Positions 1-9,446 of a DNA stretch of 64,000 nt are shown one piece after another. Source of the stretch: Squalus acanthias (taxonomy: Eukaryota); NCBI GenBank assembly GCA_030390025.1, contig CM059432.1, forward strand, positions 103,418,001 through 103,482,000, written 5' to 3'. A program made the position numbers and the translations under genes. Position 1 is the stretch's first letter. Each line of letters begins with the position of its first letter. The notes under the pieces were generated by a model. That model searched no databases and had not been told where the DNA came from. It saw nothing but the letters and a program-made list of their open reading frames with translations.

Positions 1-123
1 CGACTGATCAGGATTTGTATTTTAATGGATCTTGAGAGCTAGTCAGAATCACCACTTATTCTTTGATCTACTTGTCTTAATAGGTGAGAATGCAAGTATA
101 AAGAAGTAGGGAATGTCACTGAG

Positions 124-1371
124 CAACAACAACAAGCATTTATATAGCACCTTTAATGTAGTAAAATGTCCCAAGGTGCTTCACAGGAGCGTTATAAAAT
201 AAAATTTGACACCGAGCCACATAAGGAAAAATTAGGGCAGATGGCCAAAAGCTTGGTCAAAGAGGTAGGTTTTAAGGAGCATCTTAAAGGAGGAAAGAGA
301 GGTAGAGAGGTGGAGAGGTTTAGGGAGGGAATTCCAGAGCACAGGGCCTTGGCAGCTGAAGGCACGGCCACCAATGGTTGAGCGATTAAAATCAGGGATG
401 CTCAAGGGGCCAGAATTAGAGGAGCGCAGATATCTCTGGGGGCTGTGGGGCTGGAGGAGATTACAGGGATAGGGAGGGGGAAGCCCACGGAGGGATTTGA
501 AAATAAGGATGAGAATTTTAAATTGAGGCGTTGCTTAACTGGGAGCCAATGTAGGTCAGCGAGCACAGGGGTGATGGATGAACAGGACTTGGTGTGAGTT
601 AGGACACGGGCAGCAGAGTTTTGGATGACCTGAAGTTTATGGAGGGTATAATGTGGGAGGCCAGCCAAGAGTGCGTTAGAATGGTCAAGTCTAGAGGTAA
701 CAAAGGCATGGATGAGGGTTTCAGCAGCAGATGAGCTGAGGCAGGGGCAGAGTTGGGCGATGTTCCGAAGATGGAAATAGGCGATCTTAGTGATGGCGCG
801 GATATGTGCTCGGAAGCTAATTTTAGGGTCAAATATGACACCAAGGTTGCGAACAGTCTGGTTCAGCCTCAGACAGATACGAGGGATAGGGATGGAGTCG
901 GTGGCTAGGGAATGGAGTATGTGGCGGAGACCTAAGACAATGGCTTCAGTCTTCCCAATATTTAGTTGGAGGAAATTTCTGCTCATCCAGTATTGGATGT
1001 TGGACAAGCAGTCTGACAATTTAGAGACCGTGGAGGGGTCGAGAGAAGTGGTGGTGAGTTAGAGCTCGGTCTCGTCAGTGTGCATGCGGAAAATGATGCT
1101 ATGTATTTGGATGATGTCACCGAGGGGCAGCATGTAGATAAGAAATAGGAGGGGCCAAGGATAGATCCTTGGGGGACACCAGAAGTGACAGTGCGGGAGC
1201 GGGAAGTGAAGCCATTGCAGGTGATTCTCTGGCTACGATTAGATAGATAAGAATGGAACTCGGTGAGTGCAGTCCCACCCAACTGGATGATGGTTTAGAG
1301 GCAGTGGAGCAGGATGGAGTGGTCAACCATGTCAAAGGCTGCAGACAGATCGAGAAGGACGAGGGGAGCAA
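124..1371 (-). mobile_element. L2-clade LINE, 5'-truncated and frameshifted RT fragment with intact 3' tail
   Basis: ORFs 983-1282 and 402-1019 give GVPQGSILGP, WMSRNFLQLNIGKTE, LIHAFVTSRLD, LHWLPV. The minus-strand tail ends aaaggtgctatataaatgct(tgt)n. Confidence 0.92.
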
Positions 1372-1769
1372 TACTAAGATGGTGAGGTAAATACGGAAAT
1401 GATGATCAATTTGATATTGTCATCCTAGACAGGTCTTCTGCTCATCTTTTAAAAATCAAGTGCCAGGAGTGAGAAACTTAGCAGCCTCTTTCTCAAAGTT
1501 CAAGTTCCACCTAATAAAAATGAAGGATTTGTTTGTATTTTTGTTTGCATCAAAACTGCTGATGTATTTGTACAATTATGTAATTGTACCTTTGCTGGGA
1601 TTTAATAGAAATAAGTTGCATATTTATACACATTAGAATTTTTTTCACTGTGAACTCTTTCTTTTGTCTTTTTCCTTTCTTACTTTTTCCCATTTCACGA
1701 TTTACCTTTTCACAATTTAAAGAATACGGAGCAGATATTTCAATTATCAAGAATCTATTTCCTTTCAAT

Positions 1770-1920
1770 AAAATTCCTTGGAGCTGGTCCTGCTCCGCTG
1801 GCATTGCTTCATCAGATGTTTGGCAGAAACCTCATTTACGCACATAAACAGGAGCTCCGTTGCACTTCCGTCAAAATAATGCCAGCAGAGCGGGAGCAGC
1901 GCCGAGGAAATTTCCGCCCC
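1770..1920. mobile_element. Short hairpin-type MITE remnant
   Basis: aaattccttggagctggtcctgctccgctggcatt is an imperfect inverted repeat of aatgccagcagagcgggagcagcgccgaggaaattt. Confidence 0.55.
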
Positions 1921-2611
1921 ATAACTTTGATCTGACTAAGATAGTTTGATGCAAGTCACTTTATTAGAAGAATGCATGTAAATAAAATTATGGAAAAAAA
2001 GGATGTTATCAGGGTCAGAAAATCTGCTATCACCTTTGGAGTGAATAGCCTTAACATTTATTGCAGTGCATTATCATTTGTATTTAAATAAAACATTTCT
2101 TTCATGAAGCCAATCATTAAAAATACAAACAGGAAAGCATGCAAATATTTAACAATTAACAATCAAAGTATAAACATGCATTTGAATGTTTCTGAAGAGA
2201 AGGATCATACACTGGTTTACATATTTGTACAACAAGTTGTAGTACATTTTCTTAACATAGTACATTCATTTTTTGTAACAGTTTAGAGGAGGGGAAAATG
2301 CCACTATATTTGTCACAATTACTGAGGACTTTATTGAATCCAGGCTTTTAATTGAAATGGTAAATCATAGATCTCAGGGAGCATTTGGCTCTTTGTGGCA
2401 GAAGCCCTTTACATGACGTCCAGGAATCCAATAGAAAAAGCAGTGGGGGTCATATTAGGAACAGTCATTTAATTTCATCAGGAGGTGCAGAGTTATTTCA
2501 TTATGATACAAGGTTATAAGTCAATTGTGTGCAACACAAGAAAAGCCTGGAGGTTAAGTGCTGAGTATAAGCACAACGGGAATCAGTGCAAACTGGTGCA
2601 AACTGGTAGTT

Positions 2612-5600
2612 CTCTTAGGCAGTCCCTCGGAACCGAGGATGACTTGCTTCCACACTAAAAATGAGTTCTCAGGTGACTAATGAGTCCAATGCAGGACCTA
2701 CAGTCTCTGTCACAGGTGGGGCAGACGGTGGTTGAAGGGCCGGGTGGGTGGGGTGCTTGGGTTGATGTGCGCTCCTTCCGTTGTTTATGCTTGGCTTCCG
2801 CTTGCTCCCGACGAAGAGACTCGAGGTGTTCGGTGCCTTCCCGGATGCTTCTCCTCCACTTTGTGCAGTCTTGGGCCAGGGATTCCCAGGTGTCAGTGGG
2901 GATGTTGCACTTTTTCAAGGAGGCTTTGAGGGTGTCCTTGAAGCATTTCCTCTGCCCACCTGGGGCTCTCTTGCCGTGTCAGAGCTCCGAGTACAGTGCT
3001 TGTTTTGGCAGTCTCGTATCGGGCATGCAGACGATGTGGCCCATCCATCAGAGCTGATCGAGCGTGGTCAAAGCTTCGATGCTGGGGATGTTGGCCTGAG
3101 CGAGAACACTGACGTTGGTGCGCCTATCCTGCCAATGGATTTGCAGGATCTTGCGGAGGCAGCGTTGGTGGTACCTCTCCAGTGCTTTGAGGTGCCTGCT
3201 GTACGTGGTCCATGTCTCTGAAGCATACAGGAGGGCGGGTATCACTACTGCTCTGTAGACCATGAGCTTGGTGCTGGGTTTGAGGTCCTGGTCTTCAAAC
3301 ACTCTCTTCCTCAGGCGACCGAAGGCTGCACTGGCACACTGAAGGTGGTGTTGGACTTCATCATCGATGTCTGCCCTTGTTGACAGTAGGCTCCCGAGGT
3401 ATGGAAAGTGGTCCACGTTGTCCAAGGCCTCATCGTGGACTTTGATAATCGGGGAGCAGTACTGTGTGGCGGGGGCAGGTTGGTAGAGGACCTTTGTCTT
3501 ACAGATGTTTAGTGTAAGGCCCATGCTCTCGTACACTTCGGTGAAGGTGTTGACGATGGTTTGGAGTTCGGCCTCAGAGTGTGCGCAGACGCAAGCATCG
3601 TCTGCATACTGTAATTCGATGACAGAGGATGGGACTACCTTGGATCTGGACTGGAGGCGACAGAGGTTGAACAGTTTCCTGTTTGTTCTGTAGATTTGCT
3701 CCACTCCAGCGGGGAGCTTTCTGAGGGTGAGATGGAGCATTGCAGCCAGGAAGATCAAGAAGAGTGTTGGTGCGATGACACAGCCTTGGTTGACCCCAGT
3801 CCGTACATGAATTGGGTCTGTGGTGGATCCGTTGGTCAGGATCACAGCTTGCATTGTGAAGGAATACGCCATATTCAGAAAAATACACCATCCTATGAAA
3901 GAATTCTGACTTTATTAACCATGACAAACTGGGCTTGGAAATCTGAAAGCCTCAACAATCAGAAGCTGTAAACAGCATACAGGCTCTTGAGATAAGATAA
4001 GTTGTTGACACTGAAACAATAGCCTCATTGAAACAGAAGGTTGGAGGTTCCTAGAAGTCTGCAGCTTTGGAAAAAAGACAATACCATACCCAGTTAAAGT
4101 GTCTTAATCGAACACTTCGAAATGAATCACATAAATTAAAGAAACATATGCCTTCGTAAATATGACATCACATGAAACACGGAGACACGAGTCTGTAATA
4201 CAACCAACTGAGGTAGCTAAGAAGACAATGGTGCATCCGCTCGAGGTGTTCTAAATGCAAAAGATACAAACAGAAGACTTTGGTAAGAATGGCATCAAGT
4301 GGGGGAGGCACCACCCATCACATTGTTTTTGTGTTGAAAATGGAACACCTAGGAGACACGAAGTCTGTGTTGCAACCAGCTAAGGTGACTTATGAATTAA
4401 ACAGAAGACCTTGCTAAGAATGACATCAAATAGATACATCTGTTACAACTGTTTTTTATGATAAACTTGAGACACCTGCACAGCATGCATAATTCTGCAA
4501 GCTACAAGCTGAACTAACTGTAAGAATAGAAGGGGTCAACAGAAAAATGACTAGAGATAATTAGCTTACATCAGCAGAAAACTTCGAAGGATATACCACT
4601 GAGAAAGAGTATAAATATAGAACTTTCAAATAGGAAGAGAGAGTCGCTTGAAGGGGCAAAGCGGTTCTCAGGCTTCAGAGGCAAGCTCTGTAAGTTTTCA
4701 ACTCTTTAAGTCTCGGGGAGCAAAGGTACTTGTATTTGATTTTGGTGGATATCCTGGAATAAAACTAAGAAGTGTAAAAATGTAACAAAGTTAAGATTTG
4801 AGAATAAGGATCTCTGATAATAAGAATTGTAAGCTTTTGTATTTGGAACTGTTAATGTTGCGACGGAATCACCAACTGTAATTACATGTCAGTTCTTTAA
4901 TAAATCTATATTTTTAGAATTCTCTCAAATAGTACTTCTGTATCAAACTCGCGAACTCAATCACTGTACACTCTTTGGTGAGGAGTTGCAGAATTCTGGG
5001 GGAGTTTTCCGGACCCTCATAATATCCGGAAGGTTACAGTCTAGCTAAACTTATTAAAAGTGCTACCTGGAGGATGGTAACATCTTCAGGTTGTTCCTTT
5101 CCTTTAGGGAGAGATAGTCTGGACCTTTAGACCCAATTAAGCATCTTTAGGATCCGGCTACCTCTAACTTTAGTTGAAGGTGAACGTCTGGGGAATACAC
5201 CTGATCCGGAGTAGCCCGAAAGGGACTAGGACTAGTAATAATCCTTTCAGCATGTCGTCGTGAAGCAGGCGAAGGATGGTGACAAACTTTTGAGGGCAGC
5301 CAAATTTGAGGAGGACACTCCATAATCCCGCATGGTTGATGGTGTCGAAAGCCTTTGTGAGGTCAAAGAAGGCCATGTACAGTGGTTGGTGCTGTTCCCT
5401 GCATTTCTCTTGTAGTTGACGCGCGGTGAAGAGTTGACGCAGCTAGGTCGAGGCCCAGGAGTGGTACAGCGTGGACCGGCAGCGGGGTCGGGAGGACCAC
5501 ACTGCAGCCTATGAAACCCAGGCAGAGAGGACCTGCGGGAAGGAGGGAGGAGGACAATAGGAGTATGTTTGTGTGCGTGTGCTAGGCCGATGCAGCAGAG

Positions 5601-6034
5601 CCAGGTCTCCAATCGTCTTGGATCCCCTTGCCATTGGACCAAGACCTTGCTCTGTCAAGCCCGTGTGGTAGCTGGTGTGCAACGGCCACCCCATGTTAAA
5701 AGAATTCACGCACAGGCATTTTCCAACCTTTAAAATGAAGTTCGGGACCTGGAATGTCAGGACCCTCATGGACAATCCCAATAGCGACAGACCAGAACAC
5801 CGTACTGCTATCGTTGCCCGGGAGCTCAGACATTTCGACATAGACATCGCCGCCCTAAGTGTGACCCGGCGGGCAGGGGAAGGCCAGCTCAAGGAGCAAG
5901 GCGGTGGTTACACCTTCTTCTGGAAAGGCAAACCTGAAGAAGAACGCCACCTCCATGGGGTAGACTTCACCATAAAAAATGAGCTAGTTGAACGTCTCAG
6001 AGACTCCCCTTGTGGAATAAACAAATGCCCCATG
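2612..6034 (-). mobile_element. RTE-clade LINE with 5' inversion and deletion, interrupted by a solo LTR
   Basis: Minus-strand RT and C-terminus at 2612-3854 and 5250-5432 (FFDLTKAFD, QGCVIAP, LQYADD, YLGS, C-terminal CxxC...H). Plus-strand 5' UTR and endonuclease start at ~5441-6034 (MKFGTWNVRTL). Flanking TSD aaactggtagtt (2600-2611) / aaacttgtagtt (6035-6046). Confidence 0.9.
3855..5249 (+). mobile_element. Solo LTR A (1395 bp) inserted in the RTE reverse transcriptase
   Basis: Ends TGTGAAGGA...TCCTTTCA with a 4-bp TSD gcat (3851-3854, 5250-5253). Removing it restores LLHDDM-QAVILTNG. TATAAA at 4610; AATAAA at 4758 and 4899. Confidence 0.85.
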
Positions 6035-6046
6035 AAACTTGTAGTT

Positions 6047-6700
6047 GGGGGGCGAACGCACCAGTTTGGGGAGATTTGTAGAGACTGTAGGAGAAACACC
6101 TCCTAATGAAATATATTGTTGTTAATATTTTGTGTTCAGGTCGATTCTAATAGAACCCCAATACAACATGGTGGCTGCAGTGGTGATTTTTTGTTTAAAA
6201 AATATATCCAACAAATAGTGTTTAACTAAAAGGGATAGGGAGAGGCCTGCAATTCGTAAGAAGAGACAGCTAGAAGGTACAGATACACAAACTTCTTCCA
6301 CTTTAGCCCAGCAGATAAATTTGATTTTATTAAGCCAGAAGTACGACCAGGATAGACAAAACAATTTAAAAGATTTAGCATTGGTTTGGGCTTACTTAAA
6401 GATGAAGCCGATTAACACTTTTTTTTTGACGAGCAAGGAAACGGAGAACATTTGGTGATCATTAGAACTGTTTGAGAATGACCCAGGAAATTATTAAACA
6501 ATGCTAGACAGAATGGAAATGTATTTTGCAGTAGATAGAAACCAGATTTTTGAAAGACATAAATTGAATCAATGAAAACAGGAACAAAGGGAATCCGTAG
6601 ACAGCTTTGTTACAGCTCTATACTGTCTGGGTGAACATGGTGGCTATAATAGTCTACAGAATATGAAACTACAAGAGGCTGTGTGAGTGGTCGCAATTCG
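6047..6700 (+). mobile_element. Degenerate Gypsy LTR retrotransposon 5' region: LTR end, tRNA-Leu PBS and gag remnant
   Basis: ...atacaaCA (6168) is followed by TGGTGGCTGCAGTGG, a 13/15 match to the complement of the tRNA-Leu 3' end. Downstream translations FDFIKPE...FKRF and KQEQRESVDSFVTALYCLGEH resemble Gypsy gag. Confidence 0.7.
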
Positions 6701-6736
6701 AGTCTGATTTAACCCTTGTTAAATCAGTAACTCAAG

Positions 6737-9245
6737 TAGAATCATAGAATGGTTACAGCACAGTAGGAGGCCATTCGGCCCGTCGTCCCCGTGCCAGCTC
6801 TCTGCAAGAACACTTCAGCTCATCCCAATCCCCCGCAAAGTTTTTTCTTCGGGTATTTATCTAATACCCTTTTGAAAGCTACGAATGAGTCTGCCTCCAC
6901 CACCCTTTCAGGCAGTGTGTTCCAGATCATAACCACTCGCTGTGTAAAAAGGTTTTTCCTCATGTCGCCTTTGGATTTTTTGCCAATCACCTTAAATCTG
7001 GTGCTCGACCCTTCCGCCAATGGGAACAGTTTCTCTCTATCTACTCTGTCTAGACCACTCATGATTTTGAACACCTCTATCAAATCTCCTCTCAATTTTC
7101 TCTGCTCTAAGGAAAACAACCCCAGCTTCTTCAGTCTATCCATGTAACTGAAGTTCCTCATCCCTGGAACCATTCTTGTAAATCTTTTCTACATCCTCTC
7201 TAAAGCCTTCACATCCTTCCTAAAGTGCAGTGCCCAGAATTGGACACAATACTCCAGTTGTGGCAGTACCAGTGTTTTATAAAGGTTCATCATAACTTCC
7301 TTGCTTTTGTACTCTATGCCTCTATTTATAAAGCTCAAGATCCCGTATGCTTTTTTAACCGCTTTCTCAACCTGCCCTGTCACCTTCAACGATTTGAGCT
7401 CATATATCCTGTAGAATTCGCAAATTATCGCGATTTCGAAATAACGAGAGAGAGACATACAGTTTCGTAAAAACAGCTTTATTTCAGCAAAATGCTGTCA
7501 GGTTCAAAAACGGACACAAGAAGCCTGTAAAATGGCCGCCGCGCCTCGTGGCAGAAGCTTCTAGACTTTTCAAGTAGGCAGACAAGATGGCGTTTCAATA
7601 AACATTTCAGCAAGGTCGGACAGTACTCAGCATATTGATATAAGACAAGACGCGATCGTTTTGCATTTTTAACACCTAAGCAAGAAATATAAGTGCTGGA
7701 GTCAGTGTTCCATGCACAAACGAGGGCTATTGTACTGAGCAATCAAGGGCCCATCCAAAGACATTGATACGCAAATTCCCCGCGGCTCTACGATGAGAGA
7801 GCCGTTCGCGGGTACTCACAACAAGAATTCGGAGGCCCCCAAAACCCCTCCAGGGAGACTCCTAGCCGGTTCCACAATGGGAGAAACATTAACGGGTACT
7901 TAGACAGTTACAAGTATCACCGAAACCCATTAACAACAAGAACCACCCCATACAAGAAGTTTAAGCGCCAAAACATGACAAAAGATGAACATTAAGATTG
8001 GGCGGGAGATAAGGAATTACAGTACTATAACTGTAGTGAACAAACGTCCATCTCTCTCTTGACTCCTGGCTCTTATTCTCTTATTCGCTCGACTCTTATC
8101 CTCTCGACTCGCATGCCTGATGACTTTTGACTTGGGCTCTTGCTGCCCACCAAACTCTGGTTCCGCTGATCTTCCGGGAGTCAACCTCGTGGCTTGCCGC
8201 GAAGATCTGTGAAGAGCTGGACTGCGAAGGCCGGTAAGCGGGTGCACCATCCCGAGGGTCGGTAAACGGTGTAAGGACTCGAAGGCCCGACGAAACGAAA
8301 CAAGACAAGAAGAAGAAGAAGACGACTACACGTGCCGCTGCGGTCAGTAAACCCCGACCGCGCCCGAACTATAAAGACCATTCTTGAACTCTACAGGTTA
8401 TCACACGAATTCTACCGCCAACCGGTGTCGGGCACAGGAAGACTCTTCTTTGAGTTTTATCAGGAGTCCGAGGTCAACACAGATCTTCATGACAGCAGAC
8501 GGTCCAGCCCGCTAGCTGGAGCAGAGCGAGTAAACAAGTGAGGTGCAGAGACCCCTGGTCCACACGTGGACGGTCAGGTGCTGCAATGAAAGCATCCGAG
8601 CACCGTTTTAGAATTCTCCGAGTTATCACGAGTGGTGAGCATGGTTCTCGATCCTACAGATCTAGATTAGGACAGGTATTGATAGGGGAGGGTTTTGTTT
8701 TAAGGATAATTATAATGTGTGTCCCCTTTTACGATGTGTCGTGCGCTCCTCGTTTCCCTAAACCTAGTTTCATAAATGTATGTAAGCTTGTACTGTCATT
8801 AATCTGTGCTTATGACATGTATTTCGCAATATTGAACAATATGCAATAAAGATTTTCCATTTCGTACTATTCAACCGGGTCTACCTGAGTTTTCTCTGCA
8901 TTACTGCTCTCGCACCTAAGTCCAGTGTCAGAACCGTAAGGGCGAGTGGGTCGAACCACTCACAGGTGTCTAGTGCTACCAGGCTGGCTGGAGACCAGAA
9001 CAGGCAACAAGGCCTAACCCCGCACTAGTACCCAGGCTAAGCACAGAGCCACGCGAACCTCTTACAACCCCCAAGTCTCTATGTTCCTGCACCACCCTTT
9101 AGAATTGTACCCTTTAGTTTATATTTCCTCTCTTCATTCTTCCTACCAAAATGTATCACTTAGCGCTTTTCTGCGTTAAATTTCATCTGCCACGTGTCTG
9201 TCCATTCCACCAGCCTGTCTATGTCCTCTTGAAGTCTGTCACTGT
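6737..9245 (-). mobile_element. CR1 LINE 3' fragment split by solo LTR B
   Basis: ORFs 6820-7173 and 7189-7458 (LEYCVQFW, LGLFSLEQR, FTQRVV). CR1 sequence resumes at 9067 (accccca agtctct). Confidence 0.9.
7410..9066 (+). mobile_element. Solo LTR B (1657 bp, CpG-rich) inserted in CR1
   Basis: Ends TGTAGAATTCGC...GCGAACCTCTTACA (imperfect inverted). 4-bp TSD atcc/accc. TATAAA at 8370 and AATAAA at 8845. Confidence 0.8.
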
Positions 9246-9380
9246 CCCAAGTAAGATGAAATGTAGCAATTAAGAAGCACAAAAATACTCAACCAGTTGC
9301 CAGCAGAGGGAGAACATGCTGACCATTTGAAATTGTGAGGTTGATCACAGCGCACAGGGAGTATACTCCCAAACAAAACT

Positions 9381-9419
<39 letters not shown>

Positions 9420-9425
9420 AAGAGA
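9381..9425. repeat. (AG)n microsatellite
   Basis: Visible AG run with two AAAG interruptions. Confidence 0.95.
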
Positions 9426-9446
9426 GGACACCCCAGAGAACCTGTG

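Noticed and set aside
1550..2286. Short AT-rich ORFs here and at 22680-23399, 29241-29941, 33803-36103 and 62273-63200
   Set aside because: They have no recognisable domains or splice support and are consistent with chance ORFs.
8110..8300. Hammerhead cores in LTR B (ctgatga, ccgacga...gaaac)
   Set aside because: No stems I or II can be formed around them.
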